Part shown: positions 26,222-40,200 of the stretch, in pieces
How positions within the stretch are numbered: the stretch's first letter is position 1
Layout of the letters: each line of letters opens with the position of its first letter
Origin: Gordius albopunctatus
Lineage: Eukaryota
Reading direction: 5' to 3'
NCBI GenBank assembly: GCA_964276515.1
Contig: OZ193909.1
Span: 3,224,001 to 3,288,000, forward strand
Length of the DNA stretch: 64,000 bases
Notes under the pieces: generated by a model
What the model saw: the letters and a program-made list of their open reading frames with translations, nothing else
Told to the model about the DNA's origin: nothing
Database searches by the model: none
Made by a program: the position numbers and the translations under genes

Positions 26222-28098
26222 TAAAATCTAATAAATGGTTTTGAGGCCAGAGGAGGAATATCTTGATCGTAATACAACAGTTGAATGATTGCATAAAGTG
26301 AGCGCGTGCGCGTTTGTCGACAGGAGGAGGTTTGTGCGGATGGATATTATTTTCCTCTCCCCTCCCACTCATATCATTTTTATACGTTGCGCGTTCTTCT
26401 ATAGTTTTATCCACCATATTGTCTCAAACACCTTCCGTGCATTTTCATCGTAATAAGCCAAATTTAATATATTTCATATGTGGGAACATGTGAAATCTAA
26501 TTAGATTATGGCTTTTGCATACACCTTAATATTATATAATTTATTATTATGCTGTTTTATTTCTCATTTGTATTTTTTGCATACGTTTTTATTAGGTATA
26601 CTAACTACTGACGACTGTTTTACTAGCCCCATATTTTTTCATCCACTAGAATTTTTTATAAAGCTTATAGTTTTCCACTAAATTTGTTTTGGCAATGAAG
26701 AGTGGGTGCTCATTATGATAATATAGTTTTATATTACTCTAAAATAATGTGGTTAAAATAGGTTTTATACTTTCAAAACAAGTAATTGAGACATTTTATA
26801 TGTAAATATAATTTTCCTTTTAATGTTTTAATCAATATTTGCCAAGTTATATTCTATATCTGTCCTTTCTTTAAAATATATTAACAAATATATATTTATT
26901 TATTAAAAAGGTAGGTATCTTAATCTATAAAATATTTTTATTTGTTAATAAACCCATAGGAAGTATTAAACTTTAGGCATTAAGACTGGCATATTATCAA
27001 AGCAACAATTAGGATTTGTTTAAAAGATTTATCAGAGCTATGAGTGTTGTACACAAGCATGCCTATACAATCTGTATAACTTTGATATTGATTCAAAGGT
27101 GTGAGAGAGCAACATCTTTTTAACTGCCCATCATGATGACAGCTTAAAATCATGGCCAACTTAGTATGTACAGGCCCTATAAAAAAGTGTAAAAAATATT
27201 TTTTATAAATAGAAGTCAAAGTATTATATTGACTCTTAAGGTGCATATCTATTGTGTATCACCCTGATTTTTATCACTCCCTAAATCATTATTCAAAGCA
27301 CACAATTATTTATAAATATCTCATATTAATCTTTAGCGAATTTAATATTTAAAAGTGATGCATTTGTAAATATTTAGTCCATTTTAATTTTGTCAAGAAG
27401 CTTGCAATACTTATATAGCAATTTAATTTAGTCCCCTATATTATAAAAATGAGGGAATATATTTGCCCTTTCTCTGTTCAAATTACAACAAGATTCATAA
27501 AAGGTGTGATAATTTTATAGTTATGGCATGAATATTTGACTCAGATAGTTTAGTACTCATGTACAAAACTAAATAATTTTAGCTTTTGAGAAAAATTGGT
27601 TAACATGTGCATAAGTTATGCTCATGGGTGTAGCCAGGATTGGGTTTAGAGCTGAGCAATAATGACTTAGGGAGGGACGTAATTTGATAAAATGTTTGAT
27701 ATTTTGGATTTAGAGAGGGGCAGCTGTCCATCCCTTCCACCCTATGGCTACGTATGAATTTAAAATTTCTGGACATTCATAAATTGTAATGAAGTTTCTT
27801 AGTGCTATAATAGATGTTATATGAGGAAGGTGGTTTATTGCTTTCAGAAAATAATCAACTTTACATTTCCCCCCAAAAATATTATGGATTACTTAGTTAA
27901 CAGTTTACAAGCAGTTTTAATTAAAAAATTTCCTAAAAAATGCATATCAATGTTTATACCAGAGGTAAAGATTAAAAACTCTAATTTTAACTTGATTATT
28001 TAGACAACTTTATATATTAAAAAATTGTTTTCAAAATGTGACCATTTCTGAATTCAGGAATTCTTAATTACACTATGTTCTTTTGTCAAGAAAGATTA

Positions 28099-29470
28099 CA
28101 GTGGTGTAGCTAGGTGGGGGCCCGGCCCCGGGCACCATTCCCCTAGGGAAAAATCTTGGGCCCCCATTTATTTTATCTTAATTAAGAACAAATTTGAAGA
28201 TTGTAATTATTATTTTTTGAACATAACTTTTAATTTTTTTTAATGAAATATTTGTTTTAAATGCAATTTCAACTGTTAATAGCCTAATATTAACTTTAAA
28301 TGATATTAGAAATGAGGATCACTATCAAATACTTTATGAGGCGAAAGATTTAGCTTCAATTTTTGATTTAGTACATTCTAAACCTATTAAAAAACGAAAA
28401 AAGTATGACACTTTATACTCTTTTGAATCTACCAATTCATTAATTGATTTCAAAATTGATTTATATTATCCTATCATCGATAGAATAATGGCAACATAAG
28501 ATTTTCGGAAATTAATTGTAATTTATATAGGTCCTTAGAAGGTAAGAAGGTTTAAAACCTTCATCCCCTTTTTTGCGATAAATCCCTTTTATCAGAAGTA
28601 ATTAACCATTATAAATTAAAACCGCAAGATGCAAAACAATAACGGCCTAAAATTATGTAATATATTATAATTCTTTACTTCGAATAAAATGCAATGATAT
28701 TTTTTCACTTATTAGAATTTCGCCCTCTTTAATGTTTCTAAATTTTATTATTTTGCTTAAAATAATTTTTACTATCCCAATAACTTCGTGTTCATGCGAA
28801 AGATCGTTCTCATTGCTAAAACGGATTAAAACTTATTTTTCTAATAATTAATTTTTTCTAATAATTAATTTATGTTATAATTACACCTTTTGAAGATCTA
28901 GCGTCTAACCTTAAAAAAGGCTTTCAAATGTTCTCATTGTTTCCCTGATAAAAATGCTGCCAATTTTGCATATGTAAAATTAAAATTTGTTATATATATG
29001 GCCAAGATTTTTTGGGATTGTGGCAATAAAACTTGTTGTATAGTTTTTTTACTATTTGTATTTTTTTTAAATGTCAACGATTGTTTGTCAATATCCCCGT
29101 TTCACTTTGTGCCCTTACAATTCATTTATACAAAAACTTATTATACTAAGTAAAATTTACTGTATTGTTTCAACTGCATTTCTTTGATTTATTTATGAAT
29201 AAATTTTATTTATTTTATGCCCTAGTTATTAGGAAAAATACACAAAGTAGAAACGAAATTTTAAGTTTGTTCAGCGTTTATGAGGGAAAAATTTTTCATT
29301 TGCGTTTGACCCATGGTCGTATTCGTATCCAGGTTTTGAATTAAAGGGGGGCAAAACATAATTTTTTTTTAATTTTCAAGGGTTTTTGGAGTTAAATTTT
29401 TTTGCCCCCCCCCATGGCTTTACCAGCTCAGCCCCCCCCCCCCAGGGTAAAAAGGCTAGCTAGGCCACTG
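28099..29470 (+). mobile_element. hAT derivative with C-terminal dimerization-domain remnant; related copy from ~44937
   Basis: TIRs CAGTGGTGTAGCTAG / CTAGCTAGGCCACTG. Encodes IPITSCSCERSFSLLKRIKTY near 28775-28835. Confidence 0.75.
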
Positions 29471-30224
29471 GCGAAAACGTTTATTAAAACTTCCATAAAA
29501 ATTTATCATTTACGAACAACGGTTATAAAAGTGATGCGCGAGATCGTTTGTCAGAATAACCTCTCGGAAATATTTAAGAATTCCGAATTCAAAGCCTTAG
29601 GTGAAAATTTCGAATAGAATATTAACTTAATCAGATTCGAAAATCCTATTAATTCTTTACTTTAAATTTTTCATTTTAAAAAGACGAGGCCAATATAAAC
29701 ATTGGCGTAGCCAGGGGGTGGAAGGGAAGGGCGGCTGCCCCCCTCTAAATCTAAAAATTCTACAAATTTATTATAATTATGGCTAAAATTACTAAAAAAT
29801 TATCCCTTTGCCCCTCCCCAAATCATGATTGCCTCCCCCCTCCAAATCCAATTCTGGCTACGCCCCTGAATATAAGTAAGCTGTTTTTATCTTTCTTCGA
29901 ATTAGTAATTCCCCGACCATTAATTTTAAAATTTATAAGGATACACAAAATATATTTTTAAATGATTTTTTACATATAATACGGGCTTAAACTTCAAAAA
30001 AAATTAAAATATTTTTGCCAGCATTTTAGGCTAATCATTATTAAACATGAGCATAGCCAAGGGGGCAGGTAAAGGCGGCTGCTCCCCTCTAATCCAAAAA
30101 TTTGTTAAAATTTAGAAGATAGTTCATTTTGCCCCTTTAAATCGCCGTTGGCCCCTCCGCACTGGGGTGAAATTTAAATTCGCCCTCTCCCCTCAAGAGA
30201 AAAATGCAAGCTACGCCAGTGACG

Positions 30225-30635
30225 GTAGTATGTTTTTATTGCAGTTCGAGGCTCACATTATAAGTCAATCAATTCCAGTGACCGATGCCCAGAAGGCATG
30301 CAAGCTGCTGAGTTATTTACTGATGCAGTTCGAGTGGTGGTCGAGAATGGCATCCCAGATCCCCCAATTCAATGGGCATTCGAGTAATTAAATAGCAGAT
30401 TGAGAAAGTTATTCGAAGGAATAAATAGTCCCCTGGCGCAAAGATTCTCTCTCGGAAATATTCGCCGAATGCAAGGGGAGCTTGTAATAAAGTTTGTGCA
30501 CAGACTCAAGACTGCAGCAAAGGATTGTAACTTTGGAACCGGGGAATCGCCCAACCATCTTTTGGACCAATTTATTTTGGGACTGCAGAATCCAACGGTA
30601 CAAGCCAGGTCAATGTGGGAAAGTGACTTTAACCC
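30225..30635 (+). mobile_element. Gypsy/Ty3 LTR-retrotransposon gag remnant
   Basis: LRKLFEG..PLAQRFSL..R.QGE.V..FVHRLKTAAKDCNFG....LLDQFILGLQN..VQ is a retrotransposon-gag pattern. Confidence 0.7.
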
Positions 30636-31128
30636 CCCCCCCCCCGTTGATCAGGTCAAAATTCTAACATAGATGGTAAAGGGGGTCATGATGACCCCAT
30701 ACTTTAAATAGTTATAACTTGGTTGTATTATAATGTAAACTTTTAGAATTTAATAGCATATCACTCCAACACTTATCTGGGCTCGCTTTTCGTTGTATTC
30801 TCTTGAGATTTTTGCATAATTGCCGTGGAAACTTATAATGGTTTTTAATAGCTATGGACCTATGCTTCTGTAAATGACTTTTATGCTTTCGCGAATACAC
30901 TATGACCACTGGTTGGCTTTAATTTTTTTCACCTCGCCCGACCCCAAATTCCATTATAGTTTGTGGGCTCGACAGATTAGCTTTATACATAAATTCATTT
31001 TTCAACTTGTATATGTTGTTGCTATATATCGGATGTTTGCGAAATTGGCCAAATAATTCCCGCCAATTTCATGATGACCGTTGTTTACTTCTATTTTATC
31101 TGACCCCGGCCAAAAGCCAAAATTATAA

Positions 31129-31740
31129 TTAGTCTTTATTCCTGCCCCATTCCTTATTTATCCTTTCAAATAATTCGAAGAATATGTCTTTCTCTGATCC
31201 CATACACCCAATTTTGGGAGCATACGCGCATATACCGGTTAGGACGCCACCTTGATCTGTAATCTTCACCCACATACCACCTTGTCCTTTAACGATAGGC
31301 TTAAAACGATACCGACCCCATTTCCACGATTTGGTGACCCATTGTAAAATAGTTTGTATCCTTCCCCTAACTCCCGAGCTTTGGTTCCGTTCCACCTTGT
31401 CTTTTAAAGGCAGGCGATCTTTCCTCTTTTTACCATTTGTGCGACCTCGATGCTCTTTCCCGTCAAGGTTGCCTCATTCCAGCACGTTATTCGCATTCTT
31501 TCCACAACTAATTACCCTTTGTAAGTTGGGCAGTAACCTTAGTATATTTTTAACATTGAACGGGTGGGGCGTGCAGTGCGCGTTGTTTGTGGAGGACGCC
31601 CTAGCTTTCTGTTGTAAAATTTTGTTTGAAACTATCATGATTTTGGAGTTGGTTTCTATAGTCGGTTTCCGACCTGACGCCAACCCTCCACTTTTTGCAC
31701 ACGGACTTGGGACCGTCGTAGGTGGTGTTGTAATCCTGAT
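31129..31740 (-). mobile_element. RTE LINE 5'/endonuclease fragment
   Basis: [29 protein letters not shown], closely similar to 37118-37610. Confidence 0.75.
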
Positions 31741-32143
31741 CACCCATATTTTAACGGATACTAAAATTTTGATTAATTAATTATATGTCAAATTATTCTT
31801 TGCTAAAATTGTTTAAGTTTTATTATAAATCTTTTAATTCACTACCATTTCATCGCACTCATAGACTACCTAGACTGCTCATGTCATATGTTACATATGG
31901 TAAAATATGTACCATTAAATCAACCATTTTGAATATGACAATCTCCCACTTCTGTGTGCAGTGCCTCCAATGTTCAATTAAAAAAAGTGAATTTACCTTC
32001 CTCAATAATTAATATAAAAGAATTTTAATAAATGATTATTTAATAAAATGCGATGGCACAAAATTGCCTTAACATCACATCATCACAGTAATTATTATGA
32101 ATTGTGTAAACGATTTATATTTTAAAATGCTGTTTTTATGTTT

Positions 32144-33211
32144 GAGAGGTGTGCACGGATCAATCCGATCCGTCCGAACTCAGATTGGATCGGATCAAAA
32201 TTTTAATTTTGGAAGTCGGATCGGATCAACATTTTATTTTAGTCGGATCGGATTTTCAAATTTAAAATAAAAATAATAATTTCTAATTAATTAAATTAAT
32301 AATTTTTAGTATACCTTTTCATAATTATCTTTGCATTCTTTTTTTACTTTACCATTTTTGATGCCCAATACCACCTTACTTACCCTAACATATTTATCAG
32401 TATTTCCTTAGCGTTTTTCCCTAGCCAGACTTTCTTGTTTGGCGAGAAAGGAGCTAGTGTCAATGATAAATCAGCATCTCCCGTTTCCTTTTTAGCACAC
32501 GCATCTCTTTCTATCTCAACTCAACTCCGAAAATCATCAATCACAATCTCCCCTTTCCTTAAAGCACATGCGTAGATCCTTTCTATTGTTTATCATATTA
32601 AAAACCGTCATGGAAGTAATAATAAAAAAATTTAAAAGAAATATGCTTCAAAAAGTTAAAAAAGAAGACGGAAAAAGTCAAATTTGGAGTTACTTTGACC
32701 TTCTAAATAAATGAAAATGATACATACACCGGTTATGTTATCTGCAAGAAATGCCATTATATCTACACATATAATTCCATTCGAGGTAGTTCCCATCTTT
32801 TGCATCATAAATGTATTCCAAAAACTTCAGCTAAAAATAAAATTGACAAATTTGTTACCAAACCTCTCGCTGAAATCAATCTAATTTATTTTATTTCAAA
32901 AGATATTCGACCGTTTTCAATCGTTAACGAGATTCTTTATTATTTTTATATGATAATATGGAATTAGTCAAATAAAATTTTATATTTATTTCAGGTCTAT
33001 TAAAATTGCCATACCTTATTTTTATGTATTTTGAATTTAATCATCAATAAAAAGTTCTGTTCGTAAAATTTTAAAAGTTTCGGATCGGATCGAATTTAGA
33101 TTAAAAAACTCGGATCGGATTTTAAAATACTCGGATCGAATCGGATGGATATAAAATTTTCCAAAAACCCCTCGGATCGGATCGAAAAAATTTGATCCAT
33201 GCACATCTCTA
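32144..33211 (+). mobile_element. Hermes/hobo-like hAT deletion derivative, copy 2, nested in a CATAGAC-TIR MITE (31860-33364)
   Basis: TIRs and GATCC repeats. N-terminal BED finger MEVIIKK...GKSQIWSYF...VICKKCHYIYTYNSIRGSSHLLHHKC (frameshifted). Confidence 0.85.
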
Positions 33212-34223
33212 GTTTGAATACCTCAAAAAATTTTAATACGTTTTAAAAGCAATTAATCATCAAGATCACTAATTTATATAGCCTTTTCTTATTTGTGTAC
33301 ATTTCAAAATGGCGTGGAAAAGGTCCACTTATTTAACGTCGATGAGCAGTCTATCTGGTCTATGTCTGCAGCAGTCCATTCTTAAAATGCCTAAGACCAA
33401 TTTAAACATAATAGCCATCTAACTTTCACCATCACATTTACCTTATCGTTTGTTGATTTGTGAGTTTTTTATGCCTGACATGCGATAAATAACGTTAATC
33501 AATATAATTATTCGATAATATGTATTTGTAGCAATGTACGAAACAAAAATTTAACGAAATAATTATGATATAAAAATATTTGCGCGTACAAAAAGTGGAT
33601 ATAAAAAAGAAGGAAGAAGGGCTGAAGATAAATATAAATAAAATCGGAAGCTAACAAATGTTATTTAAAACAATGTGCTAAACGCGAAATTTTAGGTTAA
33701 AAAAATAATCTAAAAAACGATCGAATTTCAACGGTATTTAATTACTAAGGTTTTTACTCAACTGATAGCATAACTGCAGTTCAGGTTATTTCGGGGTATC
33801 TATTTGAAACTAAATGATAGTTATGGCCGCAAGATAGTGCAAGCAAACTCAAGGTTTTTCAGTAAACAAGCCAAGATGTTATGGAACATGGGTGTACCCA
33901 GGGTTTGAATTAGGGAGGGGGGCAAAACATTTAAAAGTTCATTTAGAGGGGGGCAAAACATAAAATGTTTTAATTTTTCAATGTTTTTGCATTGAAAATT
34001 TTTTCTCGTAAATTAGCCCCCCCCCCCTGGGTACGCCCATGTTATGGAACGTACTAGTGTTATAAAAATGGCTGGGTTTTGTTTGGTCGCCCTTTGGTTT
34101 TAGTCGACAAAACATAAACAGACTCAAGATTTTGGTCTATCGCTCTTAGGTCGACTACAAGGCTTGGTAAAAATTTGAAAAGCGTTACCAAATGAAACCC
34201 GGCCGTTTTTACAACACTACGTA

Positions 34224-37200
34224 TTACATATCTGTCAATCGGTTGCGAGGGGGAGAAGTCATGAGGTTGATTCGGTGGGCATTACAAGCTCGGCATAGTA
34301 TTTGTCCGTCGAGAGGGTAGCAAGACGATAAATTTTCATCGATGACATCTCCCTCTGTCGTGGAGGTTAAGGGGATTTGACAATCCTAAATGAAACGGAG
34401 GATATACACTTAAGCATTTTTTAGAAATGAAAACCGTAGAAAAAGTTGGTGCATCTGGTATATTATTTTAAATTACGGTTATTGTTGTCCCGATAGGGTC
34501 AAGCCCAGTAATTGAAATCAATTCGTGATAGTTGTTCTACATTGGTCATACTTTTAAAGCAAAAAATAGCAATAGCTACAATTTTATCGGGCGTGATAGT
34601 TATGATAACGTTAAACCCATGAGAGATGTAACTAGTCATTTTAACATTATGTGGATATTAAGTTAGCTTCGCATTGAGTGTTCCGAAGCGGGTATGTTAA
34701 CCAGAAGTCAAATTTGTTATGTGGCCTAACCCCGCCCGATTCTATAACTAGCTGGCCGCCCGAACACTTCTCAGTGCACGCCTGGCCATGCCCGAATTAT
34801 TAGAGCTGCTAGCCCAGCTCGAAATGATATTTTTTATAAATGTTATCGTTATATTTCATAAAAAATTTTCGTATTTTTTCTGATTATTTGGATAAAAACT
34901 AAGATTAACAAATATCTTCTTTATCAGTTATGTGGTCCCACGGTCGTGGGGTTTGTTTTGATAAGTTTCTTCTATCTTGACCGGGTGAGTGCCATGGCTT
35001 GACTAATCTCTTTAGTTTCCATAACTTTATCGACTTGCCCTCTCCACGTGACACGGGGTCGTCCTCTTCCTCTCTTCCCCGGTACCTCCATGTCCAGTAA
35101 TTTTCGATTTACGTCATTCGTGTCCCTTCTTAGTATATGCCCATACCACCTTAGCCGATTTGCGTTAATCATGTCCGCCATAGGTTGATACCCATTTTTG
35201 TCATGAGAAAGTCATATGGTCAAGTTTAGTATAGCCCAAGCTCCACCCACCGTATTATTCTCATCTCTGTGGCTTATAATAGCTTTCCTTCAGCCGTGTT
35301 TAATGCCCATGTTTCACTTTCACAGAGTGTTCTTTAACCCTTTTCTTTTCGCACATTACACCGGATATACTTCGCCATTTAAGCCATCTTTTTGGATCCG
35401 GTACTGACTTCCGTTGCGCAACCTCACTCTTGATGTAGCATCGAGCCGAGGTATGTAAACCTGTCCACTTTTGGGTACTTTAGATGATCATCGAGCGATG
35501 GGCGGCCTGTACCATTCCTTTCCATATATACCGTTTTTCGATCGTTGACCTTTAACCCATAACCAGCTAATTACTTTGACCACTTTTCGGTTTCTTCGAA
35601 TACCCACTCCTTTGTCTCTTAACATAGTACTATATCATGGGCATATAGCAACATGGCGATCCATTTTGAATGTATCTCGTTATCGTGTACATAATTATAT
35701 TTAAAGAAGAACTCACAGCATCATTCATGTGATCCAATTTCAACCCAAAAAGGTTTAGTGTCTCCAATTGTCTTCCTAAAGCACTAATTAAGGGCTTCAT
35801 AAATATTTATCATAAACCGTACAAATGCGTCAGGGATATTTGTTTTCGCAACTATCACCATATTAAATCGCGAGGGAACGTGTCATAAGGTTTCTCAAAG
35901 TCGATAAAGACCATATGTAAGTCTCTTCTCTTTTCACCATCTTTATCCATCATTTGTCTTGGTGCGAAGATTGAATCGATTGTGGATTTGGGCCACAAAT
36001 CCGAATTGATTAGCCGATATTTCCACCTCGTTTTTCAGCCTTGTTATTAAGATCCTTTCCAAAAGCTTCAAGGAGTGGCTAGTTAGCTTGATACCTCTGT
36101 AATTGCCGCAGTCCTGAGGGTCTAATTTGCCTTTAAATAAGGGTATAATCGTGCTTGCTCTCCATTGATTAGGAATTTACCAACTACCAATATCTTGTTA
36201 AGGAGGTTCGTCATGGTGGTGACTCCTTCTTCACGACATCCGAGTAATGCTTCCATGGGTATACCATATGGGCCATCAGCTTTTCCTTTTTGCATCTTGT
36301 TCATTTGTGTCCTAACTTCATCCTCCTGAAAGAGTTCGAGCATACTTAGGTGTGGCTCAATATCGGGTGGGGAATCTTTGTCATTTGCAATATTAAAATA
36401 TTCATTCGGTTAAAATAAGGTTCGACCCTTCTCGTTTTTGACTATTTTAAGAACATCGACATCGCGACTTTTCTTCCCTCTTGGCCAATTCGAACATAAG
36501 TTTGCTATCTCGGGGTACGCGGCATTATTGCCACGGCCTTTTTGCGGCTCTCTTTGCGTCCTTATACTCTTGATAATAATCCGACTTTTTTGATTTATGC
36601 CATCGTCTATATAGATTTTTCTTCCTTTCGATGAAATCCCCAACCTGATCCCACTACCATAGTTCCCTATTCATAGCTTTCCTCCTTTGGTCTGTTCTAG
36701 AATACGAATCTCTGTTTCCTTTAGGTCCTTAGTTAGCATCTCCCATTCGTCGTTTACGTCCCTTTGCAACTTCCTTGCACCCAAGAGTGAGGAGGCTTTT
36801 TGATGGTATTCTTCGTTCGTCGAAGTATCCTTTAACCTTTCGTATCGAATTCGAGGTTCACAGACCTTTCCACTTTCGGGAAATACTCTTCTGTCAAGAT
36901 CCATAACAAGGGGACGATGTTGACAGGCGATTTCTTCTCCCGACATTACTTTGCAATCCTTGATACTCCATAAGTCCTTTCGCCATATGAGCAGATAGTA
37001 AATTTGACTTAAATGCTTCCCACTTCTATAGGTCACAATATGATTCTCGCGTTTTCGAAAAAAGGTGTTAACGATCGCCATGTCGTATGCTTGGAATACT
37101 TGGAGAAGTTTTTCCCCTTATTTGTTCTTCAGACCATGCCCATATCCTCCATGATTGCGTTCATACCCGAGGCGATCCTTCCCTACGTGAGCGTTAAAAT

Positions 37201-40200
37201 CTGCCCCAATTATTAGCCTTTCTTCCTGTCGGATTCCTTGTATTTCTTTTTCCAATGAATCGAAGAATATGCCTTTCTCTGATTCCATACACCCAATTTT
37301 GGGAGCATACGCGCAAATACCGGTTAAGAGACCTCCTTGATCTGCAATCTTCACCCAGATTAGCCTGTCTGAACAACGCTTGACTTCCACCACCTCATCC
37401 TTTAACAATTCGCTTAAAACGGTACCGACCCCGTTTCTACGATTTGGTCAGCCACTGTAGAATAGTTTGTATCCTTCTCCTAGCTCCCGAGCTTTCGTTC
37501 CGTTCCATCTCGTCTCTTGTAGGCAGGCGATGTGTACCTTTCTTCTTTTTAGCATTTGTGCGACCTCGATGTTCTCATCCGTCAACGTTCCCGCATTCCA
37601 CCACCGTTATTCAAACAAATATGATACAACAATCAAGTAAATAAGTTACAAAATAATAGACGAAATCAAAATATTAAATTATTTAAAAATATCATTGAGC
37701 CCGAATCTTATTATAGTGCCCGTCCGAATATTAAAATTTCAAACTGCCCGGCTAGGCAGGCAGGTTCGGACACAAGGCCGGGCTTTTCTGGTCTCTAGTA
37801 TTAACTTGCTTTGGAAACGAACGTTTTAAAATTTAAAAATTATTTGCATACTCTTTGCTGCTAGCATTAAAGTTAAAAATCAAAAGGATATCTAGAGTTT
37901 TATGAAATAAATTTTAAATTTTTCAAAAGAAATTGCGAAAATTAAACTAATCTCATATTAGTAATTAAAGGGTCGCCTATGGTGGGTCAGCAGGAGCCTC
38001 TAAAATTGGATGATCCCCTCTCACTTGGCACTTGTAGCATTCGACGTGATAACTCTTCTCCATAGCTATGATCCTAATCGTTTCGGATTCACCGGACTTC
38101 GGCGTTATTAATTCGTGGCACATGGCACATTTAGGGGCGAAACGCCTATTATAAAGCGTGCGAAAATTGAATAAAATCTCGAAATAATATACGGCTCACT
38201 TAAAAAACAACCTTAAACCCTAAGTTGGGTCGTCGGGTTTCATGGACATAGCCAGGTTTTGGATAAGGGGGGGGGAGGGGGAAACGTGCAAAAGTTCAAT
38301 TGGAGGGGGGGGGCAAAACGTAAATATTTTTTAATTTTTAAGGGTTTTTGCATTTAAAAATTTTTTTCGCCATTTAGGCTTGGCTACGCCCATGTCGGGT
38401 TTAACTTAGCAGTAGTGCCTCTTGCATTTTTCACATTTTTAAATATAAATCCTTAAAAAATAGAGTATAATAGATAACATTAGTATAGTTGCAGGGTTTA
38501 ACATAATTCACAATGTAAACTTAATTTTTTTGTCACTTCAAAAGAGTATGGCTGCTAATATCAAAAATTCATATCTCCTAGGTACCTATTTTACGAAAAA
38601 CGTGAGCGTATCCAGCAGTGGAATTAGAGGGGGGGGCAATAATGATTTAGGAAGGGGCAAAATGAACTTTTTTTTACATTTTAGCCATAATTTTAATAAA
38701 TTTCGACAAATTTTTGGATTTAAAAGGGTGGGCAGCCGCCCCCCCCTGAGGCTACGCCCATGACAAAAGGTTATTAAAACCTGTGAAAATCTTCGATACA
38801 GTGAAACTGATTGGTAGCATCGAGTGTAAAGGGTACCCCGTCTAAGCACTTTCCACACACGACGCATTTGAAGCAAGAAGGGTGATAGGGTTTACCCGTA
38901 GCCCTCAAAATCTAGGCACAAATATATCACCAAAAAATGAAAGAATTTAGCTGAGGAAGAAGGGATGGGCATTTTTTAAGGATAAACGAGGATTTTGTTG
39001 ACAAAATAAAAAAATTATCGCCCTTTCTGCCTATCTTAAAACAAAAATTTGGCAAACTCTTCAATTCTACTCAAGTCTATCATAAGATAATGATATAGTT
39101 GAAAGGCTATTATGTATTAGAAGAGCTGCTAATATAACCAGCTTTTAGTAAATTGAAAATTGTGATTTACACTTAGGACCCCCAAAAATCAAAATTTGTA
39201 TCGTTTTAAAACAAATATGAATTTATTGCTTGAATTTTAAAAAAGTTGAAGTCAAACTTGCAATTTTAATGTTTACATAACAGCAAATCATGGAAAAGGG
39301 TATGTTACAATTTAAAAATTAATTTGTTTTAAAGACATCAGTGTAATTAATGTTTACTCGGTTCGTAATAGGTTGCTGGCAGGCAGAACATTTTTCCAGT
39401 GTATCCTAAAAGCAATAAAACAATTACTTACTCATGATTCATGTACATTTGACATAGCAGTCATACAAAATTTAAATGATTGAATTAGAGGGACGAGGCA
39501 ATAATGAGTCATAATTATAATTAAAGATTTTTTGGATTTAGAGAGGGCAGCCGCCCCTCACTGCCTCCCCCTGGCTACCCCATAGTAATTGCAAGATAGT
39601 CATTAAGGTGGTAAAAACCCTTGCTCCTTTAGCCATTGTTCAATTATGTCATAGTAGCAAGAGCTCATTAAAAGGGGGAAAAATTGTAAGTAGTATTACT
39701 AAACAGCATTCCTATATGATTAATCACAGCTTATGTATGTATTACATAACCAGCCACTAAGATAAAAAGCATACAATGTAAATTGTAATGATGTAAAATG
39801 CACAAAATAGTCATATACTACTTTATAAATATAATATTATGCACTAAGTTAATTTAAGGAATAATAAATTGTGATTTATGTAAAATTAATAAAATTGAGA
39901 CATAATGTTTTATAACATTGAATTAAACTTTGTAAATTTATATATAATAAAAATAAAAATACCAAGAATTAAAACACTCAAGTGTGAACCCTTGTATTTT
40001 TCTTTTGAATTTAAACTTATTTAACCTTAAAGCATTTAATATTAATTAAATAATATAAAAGATTAAACACCTACAGTAATAAATTTATGTATGACTTATT
40101 AACTTTATATGCAAACAATGATCTGCTATCAGTAATTAATAACATGACCATGGAGTCTTAAGAATAAATTTCTTTTGAGAGAAAATTTCAATAATTTTTA

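Larger units (their letters stand above)
21470..30045 (-). repeat. Left arm of a large inverted segmental duplication
   Basis: Reverse-complement match to ~50205-57905. Near-identical over the gene body, patchier upstream with arm-specific insertions. Confidence 0.9.

Noticed and set aside
26980..27246. 88-aa ORF / possible ncRNA upstream of TASOR-like copy A
   Set aside because: The paralogous region (~52130-52400) has frame-breaking indels and I could not build a snoRNA or other RNA structure. It may be an untranslated exon.
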